DNA of 64,000 nt, taken from positions 14,601 to 78,600 of the forward strand of contig JAGKXC010000001.1 of the NCBI GenBank assembly GCA_021151535.1, read 5' to 3'. The notes under the pieces were generated by a model. It was not told the DNA's origin. It worked only from the letters and a program-made list of their open reading frames with translations, and ran no database searches. Source of the DNA: Sphingobacteriia bacterium (lineage in GTDB: Bacteria > Bacteroidota > Bacteroidia > NS11-12g > UBA955). Of this stretch, positions 10,304 through 20,516 are shown piece after piece. Every line of letters starts with the position of its first letter. The first letter of the stretch is position 1. Both the position numbers and the translations under genes were made by a program.

Positions 10304-10891
10304 ATGCTGTTGCCATCTTATAACCTTATCCTGCAATCTAATCTCACCAGAGCCGAAATTGAACAGCGATTAAAATCTGTTACTTACCTTTCAGATGCCA
10401 ATTTCACCAAGCAACAAAATCATAATTATTTGTTCTATGGTGATATCTCCAATCAAGATTTTGAATTAGAAAATATCAAAGAAAATTCCCCACTTACACC
10501 CTTTATCAGCGGTGATATTGTTGGAATAGAAAATAACACCTTCATAAAAATCAAACTCTCCGAATGGAAACACAATCGTATCGCCATTCTTTACTTAATC
10601 ATGCTGCTACTGTCTACTATCCTTTTTATTCAAGAATGGCTAAAACAGTATTTATGGTACCAAGAAATATTTAAAAAACCCGGCTACCTCCAATACGAAT
10701 ATTCTCATAAAATATATCCAGAAAATCCCATTGCATGGTTCGTTGCCATCGCATTGATTATCAGTATGTATCTATACAAAAAGAAAGTAAGTTCCTTTGA
10801 AAAAAAGATCCAAGAAACAAATACTTTTTTACAAGACCACCTGCAAGCAAACATTATCACAACCAAAGAATTACCCTTGGTTTTTCACTAA
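10304..10891 (+). CDS. hypothetical membrane protein (2 predicted TM helices)
   Basis: 195 aa ORF. TM segments IAILYLIMLLLSTILFI and IAWFVAIALIISMYLY. No recognisable family. Confidence 0.35.
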   Translation: MLLPSYNLILQSNLTRAEIEQRLKSVTYLSDANFTKQQNHNYLFYGDISNQDFELENIKENSPLTPFISGDIVGIENNTFIKIKLSEWKHNRIAILYLIMLLLSTILFIQEWLKQYLWYQEIFKKPGYLQYEYSHKIYPENPIAWFVAIALIISMYLYKKKVSSFEKKIQETNTFLQDHLQANIITTKELPLVFH

Positions 10892-10992
10892 TTCCAATAA
10901 CTAAATCCTTGGCACAATTGCCAATCCAAAAACAAACACCTGTTATTGTTAAGTGCAACTTCTGATACACCCTACATCCAAAATTAACTATA

Positions 10993-11703
10993 TTAAGACT
11001 TCTTGAAAATCGCCAAGATATTCTTCTCCCAACTGCCATTCGGCGTTTCTATAATCTCGCCAATGGATTCAAATTCTTGATCATTGCCTTTCTTCGTAAC
11101 TTGAAAAATAATATGAGGTACGCGGGTTACCTCCATCTCAATCCCAGGATCTATAAACTTCTTCTCCCTGTCTACCCTAAAATAATCAATATTGCCAGGA
11201 TAATCCGCCTCATCCAATACCCTGCAAACTGCTGGAACCCCAGCCTTCGTGTCTGAACACCAATTTCCACCTACCATCACAACACGCATCTTCCTTCCGT
11301 TTTTCTCTAACTTCTTAAAAATTCGCCCAAGTTGATCCGCTTCATCCTCGCCACATATATAATCTTCATAATCAAACATGAAGTTACCTAAAAAAACTTT
11401 CACATCCGCCATCCTAGCCGAATCTATTTTCTCCTTCTCAACATCGCCCTTATCCTCATTCACCATCCCAACAGTTAAATTTTGTTGCTTCATCAACGAT
11501 TCCTTTAACATCATCATACACGGCGCTATACCCCACAAATCCTCCGTTGTCCAGTTATTCCCAAACAAAAAATATGTATTCGTATCCATAGTGAAATTAC
11601 TATTACTTGCCTTATGCCTCGCAAACATCGCTTTATCGTGGCGACCTCCTACTCCACAACCGATTAGCAAAATCCCTGCAACCAAAATTTTTGCAATTTT
11701 CAT
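10993..11703 (-). CDS. lipoprotein, putative thioredoxin-fold protein
   Basis: Signal peptide plus lipobox MKIAKILVAGILLIGCG. Region VVMVGGNWCSDTKAGVPAV resembles a thioredoxin-like CxxT/S active-site context. Family assignment is tentative. Confidence 0.4.
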   Translation of the reverse strand: MKIAKILVAGILLIGCGVGGRHDKAMFARHKASNSNFTMDTNTYFLFGNNWTTEDLWGIAPCMMMLKESLMKQQNLTVGMVNEDKGDVEKEKIDSARMADVKVFLGNFMFDYEDYICGEDEADQLGRIFKKLEKNGRKMRVVMVGGNWCSDTKAGVPAVCRVLDEADYPGNIDYFRVDREKKFIDPGIEMEVTRVPHIIFQVTKKGNDQEFESIGEIIETPNGSWEKNILAIFKKS

Positions 11704-11747
11704 ACAGCCAATTTATAACCAATTTTCTTTTTCACCATAATTAAAAT

Positions 11748-11755
11748 TACCTTTG
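11748..11755 (+). promoter_or_regulatory. candidate -7 element TACCTTTG (TAnnTTTG) upstream of the polyprenyl synthase gene
   Basis: 10 nt upstream of ATG 11766. The miaB -7 motif has the same spacing. Confidence 0.25.
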
Positions 11756-11765
11756 CTAAATAGTC

Positions 11766-12746
11766 ATGTCGGTTTCGTTAAACGAGATAAAAAAACCCAT
11801 CGAAAAGGAATTAGCCGCCTTTGAAATCATGTTCAGACAGAGCATGAAAACAAAGGTACCCTTGCTCGATACCATCATGACCTATATCGTAAAAAGAAAA
11901 GGCAAACAAATTCGCCCTCTTTTTGTGATGTTAAGCGCTCAACTTTTCGGTGATATCAATATCCGAACCTACCGCGGAGCCTCCATGGTAGAATTGCTTC
12001 ATACAGCAACATTGGTACATGATGATGTTGTAGACGATTCCTACGAACGCCGTGGATTCTTCTCAATCAATGCCCTCTGGAAAAATAAAATCGCCGTTTT
12101 AGTGGGCGATTTCTTGCTGTCTAAAGGTTTGCTTTTAGCCGTTGAACACCGCGATTTTGATCTTCTCGAAATCCTTTCCAACTCGGTAAAAGAAATGAGT
12201 GAAGGTGAACTCCTTCAACTAGAAAGAGCACGCTTCATGAACGCTACCGAAGAGGTTTACTTCGAAATCATCAAAAAGAAAACTGCCTCTCTAATATCCT
12301 CATGCTGCGAAATCGGTGCTGCTTCCACCACAAAAGATCCAGATCTTCAAAAGAAAATGCGCCTATTCGGCGAACAAATTGGCATAGCTTTCCAAATTCG
12401 TGATGATCTTTTTGATTTTGGCGATAATAAATCCGGAAAACCAGCTGGCCTAGATATCAAAGAACACAAACTCACGCTGCCCATTATCTACGCTTTCTCC
12501 AAAGCAGATAAAAAAGATGTGAAAAGAGTGAAGAAACTCATTCGCTCTAACAAAATAAGTGACGCTGAAAAAATCCAACAAGTTGTTGAATTTATCACCG
12601 TACATGGAGGCATGAGCTACGCAAAAGAAAAAATGAATGAATGCAGAGATAAAGCATTCGAAATTCTTGAAAGTATACAAGCCCCAAAAGACCAAAAACA
12701 AGTTTTACAATATTTGGTTAACTACGTGATCGATCGCACAGTGTAA
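11766..12746 (+). CDS. polyprenyl diphosphate synthase (trans-isoprenyl diphosphate synthase, IspB-like)
   Basis: First DDxxD motif LVHDDVVDD and second motif FQIRDDLFDF. 326 aa. Confidence 0.8.
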   Translation: MSVSLNEIKKPIEKELAAFEIMFRQSMKTKVPLLDTIMTYIVKRKGKQIRPLFVMLSAQLFGDINIRTYRGASMVELLHTATLVHDDVVDDSYERRGFFSINALWKNKIAVLVGDFLLSKGLLLAVEHRDFDLLEILSNSVKEMSEGELLQLERARFMNATEEVYFEIIKKKTASLISSCCEIGAASTTKDPDLQKKMRLFGEQIGIAFQIRDDLFDFGDNKSGKPAGLDIKEHKLTLPIIYAFSKADKKDVKRVKKLIRSNKISDAEKIQQVVEFITVHGGMSYAKEKMNECRDKAFEILESIQAPKDQKQVLQYLVNYVIDRTV

Positions 12747-12770
12747 TCCAAACCATTAATCTTCAATGCC

Positions 12771-13262
12771 ATGAAAGTAAATATCCAAAATCACGAAATT
12801 CAATTAGAAAAAATCGACGGTAATTGGTCAGCACCAATCCTACAATCTTTGGAAATTTTGGCAAAAGAAAACAAATACATCCTGCTGCAAACCCAAAATA
12901 AAACTGTTGAAATTCAATGCACCAACTTCGATGCATCTACCAAAACAGTTACCCTACTTTACAACAATCAAAAGTACAACGCAAAAATTACTGAGCCCCT
13001 AGATGAATTGCTAAAGTCAATGGGCCTCGAAAATGCTTTAACACCCAAAGTTTCCGAAGTAAAAGCGCCAATGCCAGGTCTTGTAATTAATATTTTAGTT
13101 GCACCAGGCGATGTAGTTGAAGCCAATCAAAAACTCATAACCCTGGAAGCCATGAAAATGGAAAATGCTATCAAATCTCCAGCAGCCGGCACTGTCGCAT
13201 CCATTGAAGTAAAACCCGGTGAAGCAGTTGATAAAAATCAAGTTTTACTTAGATTTGAATAA
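12771..13262 (+). CDS. biotin/lipoyl-attachment domain protein (biotin carboxyl carrier-like)
   Basis: C-terminal hammerhead domain with EAMKMENAIKSPAAGTVASIEVKPGEAV (AMKM biotinylation motif). Confidence 0.6.
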   Translation: MKVNIQNHEIQLEKIDGNWSAPILQSLEILAKENKYILLQTQNKTVEIQCTNFDASTKTVTLLYNNQKYNAKITEPLDELLKSMGLENALTPKVSEVKAPMPGLVINILVAPGDVVEANQKLITLEAMKMENAIKSPAAGTVASIEVKPGEAVDKNQVLLRFE

Positions 13263-13282
13263 TTCAACCTAAGTTCACAAGA

Positions 13283-14839
13283 TTGGCTCACCAACCCACC
13301 ATATCCACTTCATTTACCTCCAAAATTTCTAAATTTTATTTAAACAATACCTTGTTTTCATGGGTATGGATAGCCTATACAATTCTTGGCCTTCTCAATC
13401 TTACACATCTTCCAATCGCATGGACGGATGAAATACAACACCTCGACCCAGTTTTCAATTACTTCAAATTCGGTAAATACGCCTCAAAAATATGGCCAAA
13501 CCCCAATGCTAATAACCATTTTCTGAGCTATCCTCCTTTAATCGGCAACCTATTGATTTCTTGGCTAACCATCTTCCCAAAAACTATTTTCTTCGCCCGA
13601 CTTCCCTTCCTCATCTTCCACCTCGCCACGATATTTCTGCTCTATCGTTATCTCAAAAACAATCTCAACCTTTTCAAAACCATCGCCCTACTCCTTACCT
13701 GCCTTTTTATTTTCGATAAATCCGTATTTGAAATCTCCAGATCTGGCAGAGTTGAAACCCTAATCAACTTCCTACTCATCCTTTATTTTTCAAATCTTCA
13801 TAAAAAAGACAGTTACTTACCCATATTCGCACTGTCTCTACTCGCATTATCTCATTTATATATCTGGCCCCTTGTACTAATTGGTATTGATCGTTTTATC
13901 TCACAAAAACAATATAAAAATCCCCTACAAATTACAATTTTCTTCATCCCCATCCTGTTAACTTTTGCTCTACTTCAGCCCAATCTCATTGATCTCAAAA
14001 CACAACTACTATTTCAAACTGCCAAACATCAATCATCCGGATTACATGCAATTTTAGACTTCTTCTGGTTAAAGTTTTGGCCTTATTATCTCGAACAACC
14101 CATCGTTCCATTTCTATACATTTCTGCAATTTTTCTGGCGATAAAACAACTGTACCGTACACCAAACAAAGAAAAATCTTCGTCAATTGCCGCTTATTTT
14201 ATCATTCTCATCCTATCTCAAGCAATTCTTCTCACACCCCAAATGCGCTACCATAGCGTGCATATGCTGTTTTCCATTCTCATCCTCGCTAAAGAAATAG
14301 AACAGGTTCAAAAACAAACAACCGCCAAGCAAACACATAAACTCTTCTTTCTATTTACCAACCAAAAAAGTTGGGTTAAATCCATATTGTTTGCCACTTG
14401 CCTTTTACTTTTTTCAATTGGATTTTTGGCCCGCCATACCATCGCCCTATTACAATACTCCGAAAGAAATCCCGAAATTATTCAATCACTTTTAAACAAA
14501 CATCAACCAAAAAATCAATGGGTAATCTTTGGCGAACCCATCGCCGATTATTGTATTGCCACCAATAAAAATGCAGAATTTGGTTTGGAATTCTATCCCG
14601 AACATTGGCAATTTCAACCCAATAAAACCTATTTTTTATTGCATAGAACCAAACCCAATGCATTGCCATTTTTAGAAATTATCGATAGTACAACATCGCC
14701 ACAGCCCTTACCAAAACTATTAAAACCGATGGGGAAAGCCCACACGTATCATGGCCTCTATTTATACAAAATCAATAACCAAACTGCTTGGAACCTATTC
14801 TTCTCTAAAGAAAATCTTCAAAAAATCACCGGAAAATAA
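13283..14839 (+). CDS. polytopic membrane protein, GT-C fold glycosyltransferase-like (ArnT/PMT family 39/83-like). TTG start is uncertain.
   Basis: 518 aa with at least 10 hydrophobic helices in the N-terminal two thirds and a soluble C-terminal domain. Its architecture is like that of the two other GT-C candidates (39655..41520, 52418..53995). Confidence 0.4.
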   Translation: MAHQPTISTSFTSKISKFYLNNTLFSWVWIAYTILGLLNLTHLPIAWTDEIQHLDPVFNYFKFGKYASKIWPNPNANNHFLSYPPLIGNLLISWLTIFPKTIFFARLPFLIFHLATIFLLYRYLKNNLNLFKTIALLLTCLFIFDKSVFEISRSGRVETLINFLLILYFSNLHKKDSYLPIFALSLLALSHLYIWPLVLIGIDRFISQKQYKNPLQITIFFIPILLTFALLQPNLIDLKTQLLFQTAKHQSSGLHAILDFFWLKFWPYYLEQPIVPFLYISAIFLAIKQLYRTPNKEKSSSIAAYFIILILSQAILLTPQMRYHSVHMLFSILILAKEIEQVQKQTTAKQTHKLFFLFTNQKSWVKSILFATCLLLFSIGFLARHTIALLQYSERNPEIIQSLLNKHQPKNQWVIFGEPIADYCIATNKNAEFGLEFYPEHWQFQPNKTYFLLHRTKPNALPFLEIIDSTTSPQPLPKLLKPMGKAHTYHGLYLYKINNQTAWNLFFSKENLQKITGK

Positions 14840-14843
14840 CATA

Positions 14844-16139
14844 CTACCGCAAAGCCGTAGCCGTATTCTTCAATCCATAAGCTATCAATTCGTCATAGCC
14901 CAAGTTGGGGTTCTTATGGTATATCAATGTCATGTAGTTGTTTTCCGTTTCTGCATGATTACCTTCTAATTCCATAAAACTCAATTTCTGTGTCTCAGGA
15001 TCCAAAACACCATACAAGTAGTTATAATAACCCTGTTTTAACGGCAATACAGCCTCATAAACCATAGCATCAGGATTCCAATAAAGTTTATGCGATTCCA
15101 ATATCCGCCAATCACTAATTTCACCATAGATATAAACAGGATTTGGAAATTCTCTTTCAGCCTTCAATGAAAAATGAACATAACAATAATCACTTTCCAA
15201 TATCACACCAGCCGGCAAAGGAATATCCTTGTTATCATATAACACCTTGCCATTGATATCAGCCCAATTGAAATATCGCTCCATTCCCCGGCTTTTATCC
15301 TGTACCAGCCAAACATGTTTCTGATTGGCGATATTCATTCGCTTGCTAACGCCCGACATAGCCATCCGCAAACTTCTTAAATCAAAAAATCTAAATTGAT
15401 TTATCCCCTCAAACTGATTGCCCAACTGCTGATTATACTGAAATGTTTGTCCAAAAAACACATTGGGTTTCATGTCAAAATTCGCATAATCCCATTCACC
15501 ATTTCGCAAAACCACAGTTTTTAAGTCTTGCAAAGGATTAGGCATGTAATAATCTCCATTAACAACAAAGGTCATATTCACTTGTTGATGCGTTACACGC
15601 AAATCAACTTGCTTAGATTGGTATAACTCCATATCCACTCTGCCCTTAATATCCAAAATCATCATCCTACGTGATAAAACGATATCTTTTTCATCAAAAT
15701 TCCGATACACAACCAAAATGTAATTTCCACTTACCTTCGGCATCATATTTTCCGTGGGTAAATCCACCTTGTAATGGGTGTAATTGGTTAAAGTTCCACT
15801 CGAAAACCCAACATCATCTATATTTTCATATCCTTGACCATCTAAAAATTGGGTCTTAACCAAACCCTGTGTAGGTCTCCAATATGCGTCACAATGAATC
15901 AATGTAAATTGATAAAAATCGCGCTCCGTCTTGATCTGATCAAATTCCAATGTTAACTTTTTATCAGATCCCAACATATATAACGGGAAATTAAATCCGC
16001 TTTCCGTTTGAACAAAACGAACAGATTTTACATTGTCTTCATAAATCGCATTTGCATATCGCAGTGTGCTATCCGTTGATGCCAATGCTACCTGAGTCAT
16101 GCACATCAATCCTAGCCATATCGCGAAATTTCTATTCAT
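14844..16139 (-). CDS. secreted hypothetical protein; possibly DUF5103 / T9SS plug-protein family
   Basis: Signal peptide MNRNFAIWLGLMCMTQVALAS. Family recollection is weak and unverified; annotated as hypothetical. Confidence 0.4.
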   Translation of the reverse strand: MNRNFAIWLGLMCMTQVALASTDSTLRYANAIYEDNVKSVRFVQTESGFNFPLYMLGSDKKLTLEFDQIKTERDFYQFTLIHCDAYWRPTQGLVKTQFLDGQGYENIDDVGFSSGTLTNYTHYKVDLPTENMMPKVSGNYILVVYRNFDEKDIVLSRRMMILDIKGRVDMELYQSKQVDLRVTHQQVNMTFVVNGDYYMPNPLQDLKTVVLRNGEWDYANFDMKPNVFFGQTFQYNQQLGNQFEGINQFRFFDLRSLRMAMSGVSKRMNIANQKHVWLVQDKSRGMERYFNWADINGKVLYDNKDIPLPAGVILESDYCYVHFSLKAEREFPNPVYIYGEISDWRILESHKLYWNPDAMVYEAVLPLKQGYYNYLYGVLDPETQKLSFMELEGNHAETENNYMTLIYHKNPNLGYDELIAYGLKNTATALR

Positions 16140-16224
16140 AATTCCAAACATATAAAACTTAATACAGTTTTCAACGATTAATCGCCGAATCCAACAAATA
16201 TCTTTATCAATTTTAGGTTCTTAA

Positions 16225-18153
16225 TTACTCTTGAAGTATCAACCACTCCTCAAACATCGCATCATGTTGCTGCTGCAACTGCTTGATTTCCAAATCCAAT
16301 GCCTCATACTGCGCCGTAAAAGAATTCACTTTTTCAAAGTCAGAAACTACCTCTTCAGAATGCAATTTGGCTTCAATTTCGTGAAGCCGATCTTTTAAAT
16401 CGTTGATCTTTAATTCCAATTTTTCCAACTCCTCTTCCATCTTTTTTAACTGGTTCTTAGATACCAATTTCCCAGCTTCGTTATCTGATTTTTCAGCTAC
16501 TATGGGATCAGAATTCTTTCTTTCCGTGCGATGCTGCGCTGCGGTAACTACAGGTGCCGGACGGTTTGCCATCCATTCTTGATATTCATCATAAGTGCCC
16601 TGATATTCCCTAATAATGCCATCCTCAATCCACCAAATCTTATTAGCAACCCTCGAAATAAAAGTCCTGTCGTGCGATACAAACAAAACACTTCCAGCAT
16701 AATCAATAAGCGATTCTGCCAACACCGAAGTACTAAACATATCCAAGTGGTTCGTAGGTTCGTCTAACAACAAAAAATTCGATTGTGTAATCAATGTTTT
16801 TGCCAATGCCAACCTCGATTTTTCACCCCCACTCAAAACTTTTACCTTCTTAAAAACTTCCTCTCCCGTAAATAAAAAACAACCTAAAACAGTCCTCAAT
16901 TCACGTTCTGTATACTCCCCACTCACCCTACCAATTTCATTTAACAAATCATTCTTCAAATCCAACGCTTCCAATTGATGCTGAGCAAAAAAAGCAGATT
17001 CAACATTCCACCCCAATTGTGCTTCTCCCTCAAATTTCTCAGAACCATGAATCATTCTCAACAAAGTGGATTTACCCTTTCCATTAGCACCCACCAATGC
17101 AATCTTATCACCCCTTAGAATCTGACCTTGTGTACCTTTAAAAATCTCTAAATCTCCATACGATTTCCAAACATTTTTAAGATCTACTATGGTTTTTCCT
17201 GGAGTAACACGGATGTTAAATTTAATATCAAACTCTCTTTTTTCATCCTTTAACACCTCAATCTTATCAATTCTTTCAATCATCTTCACCCTACTCTGAA
17301 CCGCCTTTGATTTACTTGCCTTGTAACGAAACCTTTGGATGAAACGCATCTGCTGCCTAATAAAATCTTGCTGATTATCATATCGCCTTTGCATCATTTC
17401 ATCACGCTCCTCTTTCTGCTCCAAATATTCGGTGAAATTACCCTTGTAATGAAACAACTGTTGATGTGCTACCTCAGCTATGCGATTTACTGTTTTATCT
17501 AAGAAAAATCGATCGTGTGACACAATAACATAGGTTCCCTGATAATCACTCAAATAATCTTCTAACCATTCAATTGTTGGCAAATCCAAGTGGTTGGTAG
17601 GCTCGTCTAACAACAACAAATCCGGAGCCTGTAACAACAATTTCGCCAACATCGCCCGCATTCTCCATCCCCCGGAAAACTCGCGCAAACTCTTACTTAG
17701 TTGCTCAGTTGTAAAACCCAACCCTTCTAAAATCTTATCCGCCTGAGCATGCCAATCATAACCACCCAATGCCCCAAACTGTTCTTGACAATCACTCAAG
17801 CGTTGCAAGGTTTTATCATCATATTCTGTTTCAATCTTTTCCAACAAATGATGGATCTCTTTATCCAACTTTGTTAAATCCTCACGCCCGCCCAAAACAA
17901 CATCACGAACCGATTCCCCAATATCCAAACTCAATAAATCCTGATTTAAAAATCCAATTTTCAAATCTCCAGATCTACTCATTTTTCCCTCACGCAAATC
18001 AAAATCACCACTGATTACGCGCAAAAGCGTAGACTTTCCAGTACCATTTAATCCAACTAATCCAATTTTTTCATTGGGTTTGATATGCCAATTGGCATTT
18101 CGATATAAGTACCTTCCGGCAAATTCAAACGAAAAATCAACTAAAGCTAACAC
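16225..18153 (-). CDS. ABC-F family ATPase (tandem ABC domains, no TM domain)
   Basis: Two Walker A motifs (GLVGLNGTGKST, ALVGANGKGKST), two signature motifs (FSGGWRMR, LSGGEKSR) and a C-terminal coiled-coil tail. 642 aa. Confidence 0.85.
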   Translation of the reverse strand: MLALVDFSFEFAGRYLYRNANWHIKPNEKIGLVGLNGTGKSTLLRVISGDFDLREGKMSRSGDLKIGFLNQDLLSLDIGESVRDVVLGGREDLTKLDKEIHHLLEKIETEYDDKTLQRLSDCQEQFGALGGYDWHAQADKILEGLGFTTEQLSKSLREFSGGWRMRAMLAKLLLQAPDLLLLDEPTNHLDLPTIEWLEDYLSDYQGTYVIVSHDRFFLDKTVNRIAEVAHQQLFHYKGNFTEYLEQKEERDEMMQRRYDNQQDFIRQQMRFIQRFRYKASKSKAVQSRVKMIERIDKIEVLKDEKREFDIKFNIRVTPGKTIVDLKNVWKSYGDLEIFKGTQGQILRGDKIALVGANGKGKSTLLRMIHGSEKFEGEAQLGWNVESAFFAQHQLEALDLKNDLLNEIGRVSGEYTERELRTVLGCFLFTGEEVFKKVKVLSGGEKSRLALAKTLITQSNFLLLDEPTNHLDMFSTSVLAESLIDYAGSVLFVSHDRTFISRVANKIWWIEDGIIREYQGTYDEYQEWMANRPAPVVTAAQHRTERKNSDPIVAEKSDNEAGKLVSKNQLKKMEEELEKLELKINDLKDRLHEIEAKLHSEEVVSDFEKVNSFTAQYEALDLEIKQLQQQHDAMFEEWLILQE

Positions 18154-18162
18154 AATGCAAAT

Positions 18163-18693
18163 TTACCCCTTGTTTGTGATGCTCTTCCACTTCATTACAA
18201 AATCATTCATGAAATATCCATCTCCAATATCAAAATCTGCAACCCTATCAATCACAAAACCCAATTTAAAATAAAAATTAATAGGCTTATAATTCATCCT
18301 ATTTACCTGTAATTGAATCTCTTGCACATCACTTAATTCATTTAATAAAGCAGAAAAAGTGGCTGTTCCTACACCCTTGTTATGTTGATCTAAATCCACA
18401 TAAAATTTATTGATAAAGTATTTTCCCTTGTCCATCGCTGTAACAGCTATAAAACCTGAATCCATCATGTCCGTTTTAATAAAAAAAAACACCTGACCTT
18501 CTGCCATCTGCTTCTCAAGTGCATCGAATGAATAAAATCGCTCCAACATATACTCAACCTGCCGCTCACCAATAATCTCAGGATAGTGAGCCCACCAAAT
18601 TTTATGTGCCAATTGTTGGATTAATCCAATTTCACCATGTTTCGCTCTAATTATTTGCAAATTCACATACCAAATTTCAGTTTTTTGCGCCAA
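18163..18693 (-). CDS. GNAT family N-acetyltransferase
   Basis: 176 aa. Acetyl-CoA-binding region FINKFYVDLDQHNKGVGTATFSALLNE. Confidence 0.7.
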   Translation of the reverse strand: MAQKTEIWYVNLQIIRAKHGEIGLIQQLAHKIWWAHYPEIIGERQVEYMLERFYSFDALEKQMAEGQVFFFIKTDMMDSGFIAVTAMDKGKYFINKFYVDLDQHNKGVGTATFSALLNELSDVQEIQLQVNRMNYKPINFYFKLGFVIDRVADFDIGDGYFMNDFVMKWKSITNKG

Positions 18694-18727
18694 CTTTGAA
18701 CCAAAATCCTAGAAAATTTCTTCAATC

Positions 18728-19432
18728 ATGTTACAGTTAAATCAGATCACCATTGGCTTCAAACGAAGCCAGCCCTTGGTTTCTGATATTTCCTGTTCAT
18801 TCGATAGCGGAAAATTAGTAGTACTTATTGGCAGCAATGGAAGTGGGAAATCTGCACTTTTGAAAACCATTTCCGGTCTAATCCCTACAATTTCTGGCGA
18901 TATAATTATCAGCAATCAAAACATCCACAAAATCGAAGCTCACCACAGAGCTTCTCTCGTAAGCATCATGCTTGCAACACCCCCAACAATCCAGAATTTT
19001 ACTGTAGAAGAAATCATTCATACCGGTTTGCAACGATTTCTTAGACCTTTCCAAAAAATCGAATCTAAACACCAACAAAAAATCCAAGAAGCGCTTGAAA
19101 TAACTGGACTCAATGAATTAAAATCAGCCATATTTGGAAAGCTTTCAGATGGACAAAAACAAAAGGTAATGCTCGCAAGATGCCTGGCTCAGGATTCTAA
19201 AATAATTTTATTAGACGAACCACTGGCTTTCCTTGATTTTCCTTCTAGAATCTCCTTCCTCGAAACATTAAAATCTACAGCAAATCTCCACAACAAAACC
19301 ATTTTGTTTTCAAGCCACGACCTTCAAATATCTGCCAAATTTGCAGACGAAGCCATTGGTATTAAAAATAGCCAATTTTATCATTATCTACCTGAACAAT
19401 TCTCAGAGATTAACCACTTCTTTGAACATTAA
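18728..19432 (+). CDS. ABC transporter ATP-binding protein (stand-alone ATPase; no permease gene adjacent)
   Basis: Walker A GSNGSGKSA, signature LSDGQKQKV, Walker B ILLDEP. Confidence 0.7.
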   Translation: MLQLNQITIGFKRSQPLVSDISCSFDSGKLVVLIGSNGSGKSALLKTISGLIPTISGDIIISNQNIHKIEAHHRASLVSIMLATPPTIQNFTVEEIIHTGLQRFLRPFQKIESKHQQKIQEALEITGLNELKSAIFGKLSDGQKQKVMLARCLAQDSKIILLDEPLAFLDFPSRISFLETLKSTANLHNKTILFSSHDLQISAKFADEAIGIKNSQFYHYLPEQFSEINHFFEH

Positions 19433-19446
19433 TTCCGTCAGCAAAA

Positions 19447-20202
19447 TTGAAAATTAGACCGCCATTCAAAATGAAAGAATTTGAGGTCTTTCAAGATTTA
19501 GCAGCATTACCTGTTACCACAGATGCGTGTTTATTCGGATCCTGGGTGGAAAATCAACTTTCTAATTACTTATCTGAAACCCCCGCAGCTAAAATACTAG
19601 ATATTGGTACTGGTACCGGTTTGCTTAGCTTCATGTTGGCACAAAAACATCACAATTGTAAAATCATTGGATTAGATATTCATCAACCTTCTATAACTAA
19701 TGCCAATCAATCATTAGCCGTCAACCGCCAGAATTATTACAAATACTACAATGTTGAATTTTTAAACCAAGACTTTATTATTTCAAAACAGTTTCAAAAA
19801 AACGAATTCAATGTTATCATTTCCAACCCACCTTTCTTTCAAAATCAATTAGAGTCTTCCAATAAAACACGCAATATAGCCCGTCATTCAAACGAATTAA
19901 CTCCAGAATTACTTATTTCCAAATCAGCCGAATTGCTAAAAGATAATGGCCAACTCTTTTTATTATACCCAAAATCTGAATGTAACTCGATCATGAATTT
20001 ATTAAATAAACATTTTACTGTAAATCAATTAGTTGAAACAAAACCTACACCCAGTAAAAATCCAAATTTGGTGTTTATTCATGCAGAAAAAACTGCGTTA
20101 AAGAATAAATTTAAATCATTTGAATTTTGTGTTTATCAAGAACCAGGCATTTTATCCAATAATGCGATATCCTATTTAAAAGACTATTATATAACACTTT
20201 AG
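19447..20202 (+). CDS. tRNA1(Val) (adenine37-N6)-methyltransferase-like SAM-dependent methyltransferase (YfiC/TrmN6 family)
   Basis: SAM-binding motif ILDIGTGTGLLSF, amino-methyltransferase motif ISNPPFF, and DACLFGSW near the N-terminus. Confidence 0.6.
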   Translation: MKIRPPFKMKEFEVFQDLAALPVTTDACLFGSWVENQLSNYLSETPAAKILDIGTGTGLLSFMLAQKHHNCKIIGLDIHQPSITNANQSLAVNRQNYYKYYNVEFLNQDFIISKQFQKNEFNVIISNPPFFQNQLESSNKTRNIARHSNELTPELLISKSAELLKDNGQLFLLYPKSECNSIMNLLNKHFTVNQLVETKPTPSKNPNLVFIHAEKTALKNKFKSFEFCVYQEPGILSNNAISYLKDYYITL

Positions 20203-20260
20203 AAATAATCAATTTCAAATTGGCATTGATTATTAACTCACCAAGTTGTAATTTCGTTTC

Positions 20261-20479
20261 ATGTATTGGATCAAGTACGCAGTAGAAAAATCTTTATTTG
20301 GGGTTTGTAGTTACTTGGGAGAGTTAATGGGTATTTCAACCAAAAGTATAAGATTATCATTTGTTTATCTTAGTTTCTTCACTTTGGGATCGCCCGTTAT
20401 TTTCTATTTCATCATGGCTTTCTGGATGAATATCAAAAGATATAGCCAAGAAAGAAGAACCCGTATTTGGGATCTTTAA
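20261..20479 (+). CDS. PspC-domain small membrane protein
   Basis: 72 aa; GVCSYLGELMGISTKSIRLSFVYLSFFTLGSPVIFYFIMAFW resembles the PspC domain (GVCGGLA...). Confidence 0.5.
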   Translation: MYWIKYAVEKSLFGVCSYLGELMGISTKSIRLSFVYLSFFTLGSPVIFYFIMAFWMNIKRYSQERRTRIWDL

Positions 20480-20516
20480 TTGGCAGAAAAATAAGGCAAA
20501 ACGCCCTTTCCCCTTA

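Noticed and set aside
11378-11740. 120-aa plus-strand ORF overlapping the thioredoxin-like lipoprotein gene
   Set aside because: It is fully antisense to a signal-peptide-bearing ORF and has a low-complexity hydrophobic translation with no motifs.
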